From Saprospiraceae bacterium (lineage in GTDB: Bacteria; Bacteroidota; Bacteroidia; Chitinophagales; Saprospiraceae), in assembly GCA_016714785.1 (NCBI GenBank), contig JADKCC010000057.1, positions 9,938 through 73,937 on the forward strand: 64,000 nt of DNA, written 5' to 3'. Shown here in pieces: positions 39,275-48,592 of the stretch. The position numbers and the translations under genes are program-made. Position 1 is the stretch's first letter; every line of letters begins with the position of its first letter. Under the pieces are notes generated by a model. It was given only the letters and a program-made list of their open reading frames with translations, ran no database searches and was not told the origin of the DNA.

Positions 39275-39454
39275 CCAAAAAGTCTAGTTCAAAAAAGGTA
39301 ACTGAATGGTGCAGCTTTGCTGCATTTGAGTGATACGAAATCACTTAAAAATGAAGGCACTGATTTAAACTTAAATCAGCTTGGTGTAATGTCGTTCATT
39401 TTCGACCTGCCCATCCCTTACGGGTTCCTTCGCTTCTCGCATTGTCATGGCCCA

Positions 39455-39576
39455 CCCACCCGTTTCACGGTTCACTTCGTCAAAGACTTTGCCTTTGGTG
39501 CTTTGCACTTCACCTGCCCACCCGTTTCACGGTTCACTTCGTCAAAGACTTTGTCTTTGGTGCTTTGCACTTCACT
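39455..39576 (+). repeat. Tandem duplication of a 62-bp unit
   Basis: CCCACCCGTTTCACGGTTCACTTCGTCAAAGACTTTGCCTTTGGTGCTTTGCACTTCAC occurs at 39455 and again at 39517 with one clear mismatch (C/T at 39492/39554). The period is not a multiple of 3. Confidence 0.9.
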
Positions 39577-39608
39577 ACGTTCATATTCTCTATTGCTTGT
39601 TTTTTGAA

Positions 39609-39673
39609 CGATTATCTCCGTTAAACTAACAACCAATAATAACAGCTGACTTTTTCAGCAGCCCCTAAGTATC
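39609..39673 (+). repeat. 65-bp conserved intergenic element, copy A
   Basis: CGATTATCTCCGTTAAACTAACAACCAATAATAACAGCTGACTTTTTCAGCAGCCCCTAAGTATC matches 60149-60213 at 62 of 65 positions. Confidence 0.9.
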
Positions 39674-39695
39674 ATAGATTATGTTCAAAAGAATA

Positions 39696-41333
39696 TTAAC
39701 TTAAATATTTTCCTACAATAGGCATACGTCTCCCCACTCCAAATGCTTTGGGACTTACGCGCAGCACAGGAGCTGTCTGATGTCTCTTAAACTCATTGAT
39801 ATTTACTAATCTAAGTATTCTCCTGACCAAAACAGGGTCATATCCCATATCGATAATATCTTGTGGACCTTGGCGCTTTTCTATATATTGATAGAGAATA
39901 GTATCTAGTATATCATAATCAGGAAGGCTATCACTATCTTTTTGATTTGGTCTGAGCTCTGCAGATGGTGGTTTGGTAATAGAGTTGACAGGAATCCATT
40001 CTTCATCTTTATTGATATAATGAGCTAGTTCATATATTTCTGTTTTATACACATCTGCCAAAACAGACAAGCCACCACACAAGTCACCATAAAGCGTCCC
40101 GTATCCTACCGCCATTTCACTTTTATTGGTGGTATTGAGCAAAATGTGGCCAAATTTATTGGAGATCGCCATATTTAGAATACCTCTGACCCTAGCTTGG
40201 ATATTTTCTTCTGTCACATTAAAAGGAAGTTCACCAAATAACGGTGACAACTTCAGCATGAAAGCATCATACATATCTTTGATAGGGACTATATCGTATT
40301 GAATGCCTGATTTTTTTGCCAAAGCCACTGCATCATCTACAGAATGTCCCGTGGAAAATTGTGATGGCATAAGCAATACACGTACATTTTCGGGACCTAA
40401 TGCTCTAGCAGCAAGTATGGCCGTTACGGCAGAATCTATTCCACCCGAAAGGCCCAAAACTGCTTTGGTAAATCCTAATTTTTTAAAATAATCTTTTATG
40501 CCCAGCACGATAGCATCATGAATAAGGGCAATCTTTTCTTTAGGTTGTTCCTGTATCGAGCCTCCTGCGTCCACTTCGTTGAGATCATAATGCCTGATGC
40601 TCTCTTCAAAATATGGCAACTCGTCATGAAGTGCGCCATTTTTTGACATTACGATCGACCCACCATCAAAAATCAATTCTGTCTGTGCACCACAATGATT
40701 GACATAAAACATGGACACACCATAACGCCCTACATTGGCCCGGACTACTGCAATACGACTAGCAGCATGATTATAATTAAATGGTGAGGCAGAAACATTA
40801 ATCATAAAATCAGGACTGTATTTCATCATTTCATCCATGGGAATAACCGTATAAAGTGGATCATCTGTACCGACATCCCAAATGTCTTCACACACAGTAA
40901 GTGCTATTTTTTTGCCTTTATAGGTGACGATATTCCATTCTTTTGCTGGCTCAAAATATCTGTATTCGTCAAAAACGTCATAGGTTGGCAGCAAAGTTTT
41001 GTGTTGGACAAATTCTATACGACCATTGGCAAGGAAGTACTCAGAGTTAAATAAGCTTTTCCCTTTAGCTTCTGGATTTCTAGATGGTGCGCCTACGACG
41101 ATAGCAATGTCATGCGCATGTGCACACAAGGTTTGAATGCTCTCATCAGAAAGTCTTATAAAATCATCAAATTCCAAAAAATCTCTTGGTGGATATCCGC
41201 ATGTTGCTAATTCGCTGAAACAAATGATATCTGTACCTACATTTTTGGCCGTTTCAATAGCTTCTATCATTTTGGCGGTATTGCCTTCGAAATTGCCTAT
41301 ATGATAATTGAGTTGTGCTATGCTGATTTTCAT
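39696..41333 (-). CDS. nadE: Glutamine-dependent NAD+ synthetase
   Basis: 545 aa. The N-terminal CN-hydrolase domain starts MKISIAQLNYHIGNFEGN and contains the catalytic Cys context (LTVCEDIW). The C-terminal NAD synthase domain carries the PP-loop GLSGGIDSAV. Confidence 0.93.
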   Translation of the reverse strand: MKISIAQLNYHIGNFEGNTAKMIEAIETAKNVGTDIICFSELATCGYPPRDFLEFDDFIRLSDESIQTLCAHAHDIAIVVGAPSRNPEAKGKSLFNSEYFLANGRIEFVQHKTLLPTYDVFDEYRYFEPAKEWNIVTYKGKKIALTVCEDIWDVGTDDPLYTVIPMDEMMKYSPDFMINVSASPFNYNHAASRIAVVRANVGRYGVSMFYVNHCGAQTELIFDGGSIVMSKNGALHDELPYFEESIRHYDLNEVDAGGSIQEQPKEKIALIHDAIVLGIKDYFKKLGFTKAVLGLSGGIDSAVTAILAARALGPENVRVLLMPSQFSTGHSVDDAVALAKKSGIQYDIVPIKDMYDAFMLKLSPLFGELPFNVTEENIQARVRGILNMAISNKFGHILLNTTNKSEMAVGYGTLYGDLCGGLSVLADVYKTEIYELAHYINKDEEWIPVNSITKPPSAELRPNQKDSDSLPDYDILDTILYQYIEKRQGPQDIIDMGYDPVLVRRILRLVNINEFKRHQTAPVLRVSPKAFGVGRRMPIVGKYLS

Positions 41334-41391
41334 CTATTTGATATTGTAATAATAATTGAAAGCTAAATATAAATAACTTGTTGAGATGCTT

Positions 41392-42633
41392 TTAAGTTTG
41401 TAAACCCTGACTTTCTCTCCATGCCAACCACCAAAACCAAGCAACAAAAAAACCATACACAAAAATAGGAAGTTGACCTTCAAGGTGTGTCTCAAAAGTA
41501 AAACTTACAATTGCTGGTATAAAAAATGCCATAAACCACCTATTTTCTTTAAGGTATTTTCTAAAAAATGGAAGAAGCAAATGACTAAGGAAAATCAACA
41601 ATCCTAACATTCCTCCTGATGCCCAATAAATTACCAATTGACTACTCGGTAAAAATCTATCCTTTTGAGGTACATTTGGCATATTAGCATCGTACCAAGC
41701 ACTTGTTTCTGTATGCAACTTACTGAATCCTACACCCATTATAGGGTGTGCTGCAATAATGTCCTTTCCTGCCTTCAAAGAATAAAATCGTACGGCATCA
41801 CTCAATCCCTCTCTATATTCGCCTTTGCTATAATGTTCAAAATCATATCTTACAAAATTAACTCTTTCCTTAAGAGATGGTATATTCGTTGCTGCAAAAT
41901 ATCCTAGTACTGCTGTCAAAGAAAAAATTAAAATAAGCCACCATTTTTTACCTTTTGGAATTAGATAATAACTCAGCAATATAATGGTGACATATAATGA
42001 AATCAATCCTGTCTTTGCTCCTAAATAATGCAAATAGGTATATTGACCAAAGATATAAAGTATCAAAAGGATTTTAACATAAAATTTGTTTGAATGGTGC
42101 CATTCATATAGGGCCATTACTAAACTTATAACAACAACCCAACTAATCCTTATATGATCGCCATAAGACAATACAGGCATTACTTTTGATATTTTATAGG
42201 AATTAACGATATTTTCTTGATCACCTAGATACATAAAAAAAGTATAGGCAGAGGATACCACCATAACCAAAATCACAAACAAGTGAACTAAAGAAATATA
42301 ATGTTTTTTAGGTTGGAAGGCAAAAATAAATGATGGAAACAGGACTAAAATTAATTTCATGATACCTCTTTCATGGATAAAACCAAAGCCTTCTAAAAAC
42401 AAATCATATAAGATGGGTAAAGCGGCTAAAGCAATAAAAGTCCACATCCACCTATCTTTAAACAACCAGAATATTTCCTTAATCTTGCTGACTGCATAGA
42501 TACCAGCTAATAAGAAACCAACGTTGGATAATACTCGGTTGAATAAAAAGCCAATCATCAAGCAAAAAATTGCAGCAATTGCAAGTCCGTCCAGCAGTAA
42601 TTTGTATTTATGATTGATCGTGCTATTTTCCAA
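41392..42633 (-). CDS. O-antigen ligase (Wzy_C)-like polytopic membrane protein
   Basis: 413 aa with about 10 TM segments and a large loop after the GAKTGLISL-type region. It uses a TTG start. Confidence 0.6.
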   Translation of the reverse strand: MENSTINHKYKLLLDGLAIAAIFCLMIGFLFNRVLSNVGFLLAGIYAVSKIKEIFWLFKDRWMWTFIALAALPILYDLFLEGFGFIHERGIMKLILVLFPSFIFAFQPKKHYISLVHLFVILVMVVSSAYTFFMYLGDQENIVNSYKISKVMPVLSYGDHIRISWVVVISLVMALYEWHHSNKFYVKILLILYIFGQYTYLHYLGAKTGLISLYVTIILLSYYLIPKGKKWWLILIFSLTAVLGYFAATNIPSLKERVNFVRYDFEHYSKGEYREGLSDAVRFYSLKAGKDIIAAHPIMGVGFSKLHTETSAWYDANMPNVPQKDRFLPSSQLVIYWASGGMLGLLIFLSHLLLPFFRKYLKENRWFMAFFIPAIVSFTFETHLEGQLPIFVYGFFVAWFWWLAWRESQGLQT

Positions 42634-42805
42634 AAAACTATATACTTTCAGCGGATAATTAAAAACCTAATGACAAAGATAATGAACTAAAAACGCAATG
42701 CAAGGATTTATATTCTGTTTTTACAAAAATGTTTTACGCCATTGCACTTCAGAAATTATTACAATTTTATACCTTTACACCGTTTTTAATCATAAACATA
42801 TCAAA

Positions 42806-43843
42806 ATGTCGGTAGAAATATTCGCAAAAGTACAAACAGTTTTGGAAACTTTAAAAGCTGAAAAAATTGAAAATGCACAAGAACTCGAAGCATTCAGAAT
42901 AAGATATGTCGGTTCTAAAAATGAAATCAAAGCACTTTTTGGGGAGATAAAAAATGTGGATAACGAGCGTAAAAAAGAATTTGGACAGTTGCTCAATGAT
43001 GTCAAGCAGGCTGCTGAAAAAAAATATGAGCTTTATAATACTGAATTGGAAAATAATTCTGGAGATCAAAGTGGTAATGGTCTTGATCTTACTGCTCCAA
43101 GTGAGCCAATACCTTCAGGGTCTCGCCATCCAGTTTCATTAGTACTGAATAGAATCATAAATATTTTTGAAAGAATAGGATTTACAGTAGCCGAGGAGCG
43201 AGAGATAGAGGATGATTGGCACAATTTTACTGCCATGAATACACCTGAAGATCATCCTGCTAGAGATATGCAAGATACTTTTTACTTAAAAGATTCTACT
43301 ACTGAATTATTGCGCACGCACACTTCATCTGTGCAAGCTCGCATCATGACTACCCAAAAACCACCTATAAGGATTATTGCACCAGGCAGGGTGTATAGAA
43401 ACGAAACCATTTCATCAAGATCTCACTGCCAGTTTCATCAAGTAGAAGGATTGTACATTGACAAAAATGTTTCTTTTGCGGATATGAAACAAACATTGCT
43501 TTATTTTGCGAGAGAGATGTATGGGCCACAAGCAGAGATAAGGTTGAGACCCAGTTTTTTCCCATTTACGGAGCCTAGCGCCGAGATGGATGTATATTGG
43601 GGATTAAAAAATGATGACGATTATCGTATTACCAAAGGTACGGGTTGGTTAGAGATATTGGGTTGTGGTATGGTTGATCCAAACGTTTTAATAAACTGTG
43701 GCATAGATCCTGAAGAATACAGTGGTTTTGCCTTTGGCATGGGTATCGAACGACAAGCCATGTTACAATTTAAAATTACAGACATCAGACAATTATTTGA
43801 AAATGACACCCGATTTCTGAAGCAATTCAGTGGTGTGATCTGA
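42806..43843 (+). CDS. pheS: Phenylalanine--tRNA ligase alpha subunit
   Basis: Starts MSVEIFAKVQTVLETLKAE, with class II motifs (LLRTHTSSVQ, GRVYRNE, GFAFGMGIERQAM). The start is trimmed to the Met at 42806. Confidence 0.95.
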   Translation: MSVEIFAKVQTVLETLKAEKIENAQELEAFRIRYVGSKNEIKALFGEIKNVDNERKKEFGQLLNDVKQAAEKKYELYNTELENNSGDQSGNGLDLTAPSEPIPSGSRHPVSLVLNRIINIFERIGFTVAEEREIEDDWHNFTAMNTPEDHPARDMQDTFYLKDSTTELLRTHTSSVQARIMTTQKPPIRIIAPGRVYRNETISSRSHCQFHQVEGLYIDKNVSFADMKQTLLYFAREMYGPQAEIRLRPSFFPFTEPSAEMDVYWGLKNDDDYRITKGTGWLEILGCGMVDPNVLINCGIDPEEYSGFAFGMGIERQAMLQFKITDIRQLFENDTRFLKQFSGVI

Positions 43844-44691
43844 TGGATACAACAAGAAGGGTTGCCATATTAATGACCATTATGGCTGCCATCCTATGGA
43901 GTACTGGTGGCCTTTTTATAAAATTATTGCCGCAGGATGCCTTTACCATACTATTTTATAGAAGTTTGTATGCTGGACTGATATTTATATTGATATTTGG
44001 TAAAAAACTATTTGTCTTCAATAAGTTGTCCATTATCAGTAGCTTATTTTATGCGCCTTTACTGATAGCTTTCGTTACTTCGACCAAGCTTACCACTGCT
44101 GCCAATGCTATATTTTTACAGTACACAGCTCCTGCCTTTGTACTTTTGCTTGAGCCCTATTTCATAAGAACTAAGCTTAAAAAAATCAATATTTTTACTG
44201 TAATCGTATGTTTTGTAGGGATGGCTTTGTTTTTTGTCGAACAATTGTCCACACCCGACAATTGGTTAGGAATTTGGATAGCATTATTGAGTGGTGTGAT
44301 ATTGACTGGATTGCTGATTACTCAGAAAATGAACAAAGCCGAGTTTCAGCCTGGGGCAGTTTTTTTAGGAAATATAATAGTATGTATAGTAACCCTACCA
44401 TGGTTTATAGATGCACCACTTCCATCTTTAACAGAAAATAACTACTTAATGATTTTAGGATTTGGACAGTTAGGACTTGGATTTGCATTGTTTTTATATG
44501 GTCAGAAACACTTACCTGCCATAGAAAGCTCATTGATTGCAATGTTGGAACCCATACTCAATCCTGTTTGGGTGTATATAGGCTATGGTGAATATCCCGG
44601 AAACTGGGCAGTCATTGGTGGCTTGGTGATAATAGCTGCATTAGTAATCCGTCTATATTGGATAGAGGTAAGGGAAAAGGAATACTTATAA
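43843..44691 (+). CDS. EamA/DMT-family transporter
   Basis: 282 aa with 10 predicted TM helices in two EamA-like halves. Its start overlaps the pheS stop (TGATG). Confidence 0.8.
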   Translation: MDTTRRVAILMTIMAAILWSTGGLFIKLLPQDAFTILFYRSLYAGLIFILIFGKKLFVFNKLSIISSLFYAPLLIAFVTSTKLTTAANAIFLQYTAPAFVLLLEPYFIRTKLKKINIFTVIVCFVGMALFFVEQLSTPDNWLGIWIALLSGVILTGLLITQKMNKAEFQPGAVFLGNIIVCIVTLPWFIDAPLPSLTENNYLMILGFGQLGLGFALFLYGQKHLPAIESSLIAMLEPILNPVWVYIGYGEYPGNWAVIGGLVIIAALVIRLYWIEVREKEYL

Positions 44692-45498
44692 TGGCTTAGT
44701 AGAAAAAATCAAACTTTTGTTCTTATAACTTAATAAATACTCAATCACTTCATCATTAAATACCTGTGCCTTTTCTATATTAACAACATGGCCACATTCT
44801 GCTACCACCAATAGAGCAGCACTCTGTACGTCTTTTATCATTTTTTTGATCGGGTCTAAAAACATATAATCTTGCTCTCCCATCACATACAAGGTAGGAA
44901 TAGGTAGGTGTACCTGAAATTTTATAAATAAACTTGAGAGTTGACCAGTAAGCTTATACCATCTTAAAAATTCACGTTGACATAATTTTTGTGCTTCTTT
45001 AACAAAGACATTGCGTGATTCAGCATGATTTTTGGCAGGCATGATGACAAAGGCAAACAATCTATATAACCACATGTATGGCAAAACATTTTTAAACATC
45101 CGACCCAATCCAACCCAAAATCTTGATTTCAAATTGAAATGAGTAATGGCACCTACCAATATCATGGTGCGCATCCTTGAGCCTATCATATCTCCTAGCT
45201 GACGAATGATTAGCGTACCTAGGGAAACACCGATAAAATGCGCTTCTGCAATTTTTAAATGGTCTAATACTTCTATGATATCTTTGGCTATAAGCTCAAA
45301 AGAATAATTGGAATGTTGCGTACTTTCACTTAGGTTAACAGACTTACCATGGCCTCTAAGGTCAATGAGTAATACATTAAAATGTATCCTGAATGCCTTA
45401 AGTTGTTTGAACCAAACTGCAGAACTACCTCCAGCTCCGTGCACAAAAACTACCCAATCAGCTTTAGGTTCAAGAAAGTATGTCTTGTGATACAACAT
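44686..45498 (-). CDS. Alpha/beta hydrolase
   Basis: 270 aa with the HGAGGSS oxyanion region, the nucleophile elbow GVSLG and C-terminal ECGH. Confidence 0.8.
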   Translation of the reverse strand: MLYHKTYFLEPKADWVVFVHGAGGSSAVWFKQLKAFRIHFNVLLIDLRGHGKSVNLSESTQHSNYSFELIAKDIIEVLDHLKIAEAHFIGVSLGTLIIRQLGDMIGSRMRTMILVGAITHFNLKSRFWVGLGRMFKNVLPYMWLYRLFAFVIMPAKNHAESRNVFVKEAQKLCQREFLRWYKLTGQLSSLFIKFQVHLPIPTLYVMGEQDYMFLDPIKKMIKDVQSAALLVVAECGHVVNIEKAQVFNDEVIEYLLSYKNKSLIFSTKPL

Positions 45499-45581
45499 GC
45501 AAAAGGATTTTATACGAAATGAACAACACTTCTAAAAAATCAATGTTGCAAAATAATACTAATTCAATATAGTTATAAACT

Positions 45582-45619
45582 AAAAAGCTCTGAAAATCCA
45601 TAGATAATCAGAGCTTTTT
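45582..45619 (-). terminator. Rho-independent terminator downstream of tRNA-Gln
   Basis: AAAAAGCTCTGA (45582-93) pairs perfectly with TCAGAGCTTTTT (45608-19). On the minus strand the GC core stem is followed by a T run. Confidence 0.7.
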
Positions 45620-45620
45620 G

Positions 45621-45691
45621 TTGACCCACTAGGACTCGAACCTAGAATATCGGTACCAAAAACCGGTGTGTTACCATTACACCATGGGTCA
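45621..45691 (-). tRNA. tRNA-Gln (anticodon TTG)
   Basis: The minus strand reads TGACCCA-TG-GTGT-AATGGTA-ACAC-A-CCGGT-TTTTGGT-ACCGA-TATT-CTAGG-TTCGAGT-CCTAG-TGGGTCA-A, a cloverleaf with a T-loop TTCGAGT. Loop positions 34-36 are TTG. A U1-A72 pair is present, and CCA is not encoded. Confidence 0.9.
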
Positions 45692-45711
45692 ATCGCTTTC
45701 GTTTGCGGGTG

Positions 45712-45719
45712 CAAAGATA
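45712..45719 (-). promoter_or_regulatory. -7 promoter box TATCTTTG for tRNA-Gln
   Basis: The reverse complement of CAAAGATA matches TAnnTTTG, about 20 nt upstream of the tRNA 5' end. Confidence 0.45.
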
Positions 45720-45779
45720 AAACGAATTAGTATATTAAAAAACATGAAAGCTCTTTTTTTTTATTTTTTTCTAACCTTT

Positions 45780-45820
45780 AAAAAAAATGCCACACTAAAT
45801 CAATCTATTAGTGTGGCATT
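45780..45820 (-). terminator. Rho-independent terminator after the DUF937 gene
   Basis: A perfect 12-bp stem pairs AATGCCACACTA (45786-97) with TAGTGTGGCATT (45809-20). On the minus strand it is followed by a T run (complement of the A run at 45780-85). Confidence 0.65.
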
Positions 45821-45949
45821 AAACTTATGTTTTATTAAACTTAAAGCTAATTTGTCTGTAAAATTTTGAATTTAAATTACAACATTTCCAATAAATTGAA
45901 ATCTTTATTATTGCAAACTAATTTCTTTTGACTATAAATTCTACCCAAC

Positions 45950-46564
45950 TTATTTTCCCATAAATTTACCAAAGATGGACTTCATGCCCATTTCGGCGAT
46001 ATCATCCATCATACTTCCATCTCCATCTTTGTCCAATAATTTACTGAAAATACTCTGTGTTGTTGGTTGTTGGTTGACAGTTTGCGTTGCACCTTTGATA
46101 AAGTCAAGTAGTCCGCCTCCTTGCTGTACTTGCGGCTGTGCTTTGGCTTTACCTAACATTCCTAGAACTACAGGTGCTAGTGTTGCCATCATTTTCATAA
46201 TACTAGCAGTATCTATACCACTTGCTTTTGAAATAGACTCAGCTGCATTGCCTTTTTTTTCTCCCAATATATGATTAAGAATACCCTCACCATTGGCTGT
46301 TTTCGGATTGGAAGGTTGAACCATTCCAGACAAAAAACCACCTAGGTCATTTAATATACTTCCATCATGGTCTTTTTCCAAAGCATTCATTAAGCCAGTT
46401 TCACCTTCAGGGGTACTTGCATTGTTAGCTATCCATTAAGTAAAGTTGCCAATATTCCATCCACAGCAGTGTTAGCGTCCTTTATCACCTAATCCGAATT
46501 GCTGACCTATTTGATTGATGATTATATCTTTCATTGGCCCTTGTAATAAATCTGTAATATCCAT
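45950..46564 (-). pseudogene. DUF937-family protein gene with two in-frame stops and a 33-nt segment readable only in the +1 frame
   Basis: The ATG at 46564 gives MDITDLLQGPMKDIIINQIGQQFGLGDKGR*, with the stop at 46474-46472. The +1 frame then reads DANTAVDGILATLLNG. The original frame resumes after a second stop (46438-46436) with IANNASTPEGETGLMNALEKDHDGSILNDLGGF... The concatenated sequence matches the DUF937 N-terminal pattern as I recall it. Confidence 0.7.
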
Positions 46565-46712
46565 TTTTTGAATTTTAATAATATGCCGAAAATCCGACAC
46601 ACAATTATAACAATAAATGATTAAAAAAATTCATTCTAATATTAGTTTTTTAATGAAAATAAAAATTCGGAATGGTATTTGCATTATCAAATTATAATAA
46701 ATAATTATATGT

Positions 46713-47861
46713 ATGTTGTTTAGATTACAGGCTAATATATTGATTTTGTTTGCATCACTTTGCTTTACTCAAAATAGCTATGCAAACAAAAAATTAACAG
46801 AAAATTATATTTCTTCCTTCAAGCATATTGCCGTTTTGGAAATGAAACGAACTGGAATACCTGCAAGTATCAAGTTAGCCCAAGGTATTCTTGAGTCTGA
46901 CCTTGGACGAAGTCCACTTGCTTTTGAGGCCAACAACCACTTTGGCATCAAATGCGGCAGGGATTGGTCAGGTGATGTCTATCATAAATTGGATGATGAT
47001 ACAGATAGTACTGGTACGCTCATTGAAAGTTGTTTCAGGGCATTTTCAACCGCTGATGAATCATATATAGCACATTCTGAATTTCTAACAAATCCATCAA
47101 AATCATCAAGATATGGGTTCCTTTTTGATTTGGGCTCTAATGATTATGTAGGATGGGCTAATGGTTTAAAATTTGCAGGCTATGCGACCGATCCATCGTA
47201 TCCTTCCAAACTGATAAAAATCATAGAACAAAACAAACTTTACCAATATGATGAAATGATCTTACCCAAAAGAAACGAATACACATCTGTGAATACATCT
47301 AAATCCAAGGAGCTTGACTCCAAAAGGATAGAGCCACAAATAGTCAAGGCGGAACAAAATACAAATAAGTCTTCTAAAAAGGAAAAAGGATCGAATCCAG
47401 AAAAGTCAAAATATGAAGTCCAACCCACAGTTAAGTCTAAAATTAATAAAATCAATGATTTGTCTGTAGTGTATGCTTCAGGAAATGAGTCAGTCAAAGA
47501 TATAGCAAGAAAAATCGGTATAGATGTTTTTGAAATATTAGAATACAATGAAGAATTGAAAAGTCAAGATTATATTCCTACAAGTAATGAGATCGTGTAT
47601 CTGGAACGAAAGAAAAAGAATATCAATGAAGATGGGCCTTCCTCTCATATTGTGAATGAAGGTGAGACCATGTACATTATATCTCAAAGATATGGTATAA
47701 GGTTGTCTTCATTATTGGCAAAAAACAATTTAGACTCGGATGCTATTCCTCTTAAAGGAGAAACCGTGAGTCTCGTAGCTTATATTAGTAAAAAAGAAAC
47801 TCCCAAATTTAAGATGGTTGAAAAATTTGATTCTTTTGTAGATTTAGGAGGTTTAAAATAA
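46713..47861 (+). CDS. Peptidoglycan hydrolase: N-acetylglucosaminidase (FlgJ/GH73-like) domain plus LysM repeats
   Basis: Signal peptide, then the glucosaminidase motif IPASIKLAQGILESDLGRS...NNHFGIKC...YATDPSYPSKL. A Lys/Ser-rich linker and two LysM-like repeats follow (HIVNEGETMYIISQRYGIRLSSLLAKNNL). Confidence 0.85.
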   Translation: MLFRLQANILILFASLCFTQNSYANKKLTENYISSFKHIAVLEMKRTGIPASIKLAQGILESDLGRSPLAFEANNHFGIKCGRDWSGDVYHKLDDDTDSTGTLIESCFRAFSTADESYIAHSEFLTNPSKSSRYGFLFDLGSNDYVGWANGLKFAGYATDPSYPSKLIKIIEQNKLYQYDEMILPKRNEYTSVNTSKSKELDSKRIEPQIVKAEQNTNKSSKKEKGSNPEKSKYEVQPTVKSKINKINDLSVVYASGNESVKDIARKIGIDVFEILEYNEELKSQDYIPTSNEIVYLERKKKNINEDGPSSHIVNEGETMYIISQRYGIRLSSLLAKNNLDSDAIPLKGETVSLVAYISKKETPKFKMVEKFDSFVDLGGLK

Positions 47862-48577
47862 TGGAACAGGAACACATCAGTTTAAATAAATATATAAGCG
47901 ATACAGGTCTTTGCTCACGCAGAGAAGCAGACAAGCTAATCGAAGCAGGAAGAGTACTGATCAATGATTTGGTTGCTCGAAAAGGCAACAGAGTCAATCC
48001 TAATGATAAAGTATATTTAGATGGAGCCTTATTAACTAAAAAAGTAACGCCCATATATATAGCACTTCATAAACCAGTAGGTGTAGTATGTACTACCGAC
48101 CAGCGAGAACCAGATAATATTATTGATTATCTTGGATACAAAGAGCGTATATTTCCTATAGGAAGACTTGATAAGATGTCACAGGGCTTGATATTATTGA
48201 CCAACGATGGAGATATTGTTAATAAAATACTTCGTGCTGGAACTTTTCATGAAAAGGAATATATAGTCACTGTCAATAAAGCTATAGATACTGCTTTTAT
48301 AAAGACAATGGCAGCAGGTGTGCCCATCTTAGAAACAGTGACAAGGCCTTGTAAAGTTAAAAAGGTAGATGATTATAAATTCAATATTGTACTCACACAG
48401 GGCTTAAATAGGCAAATACGACGTATGTGCGAATACTTAGGGTATCATGTCACATCATTGACAAGAACAAGAATCATGGATATTACCTTAGAAGGGATTG
48501 ACTATAACACCTGGCGATATCTCACTGAGTCAGAGATTACTTGGCTAATGGAGATGGTCAAGGATTCGAGGAAGTGA
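47861..48577 (+). CDS. rluF: rRNA pseudouridine synthase, RsuA/RluF family
   Basis: 238 aa. An S4 domain is present (ISLNKYISDTGLCSRREADKLIEAGRV). The catalytic motif is GRLDKMSQGLILLTNDG, followed by GLNRQIRRM. Confidence 0.8.
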   Translation: MEQEHISLNKYISDTGLCSRREADKLIEAGRVLINDLVARKGNRVNPNDKVYLDGALLTKKVTPIYIALHKPVGVVCTTDQREPDNIIDYLGYKERIFPIGRLDKMSQGLILLTNDGDIVNKILRAGTFHEKEYIVTVNKAIDTAFIKTMAAGVPILETVTRPCKVKKVDDYKFNIVLTQGLNRQIRRMCEYLGYHVTSLTRTRIMDITLEGIDYNTWRYLTESEITWLMEMVKDSRK

Positions 48578-48592
48578 CCTAAAAAGCTTGTA

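Noticed and set aside
39151-39629. Four 60-96-aa ORFs (39151-39333, 39317-39607, 39442-39624, 39447-39629)
   Set aside because: They overlap one another in different frames across hairpins and the 62-bp tandem repeat. The repeat period is not a multiple of 3, so the same DNA is read in shifting frames.
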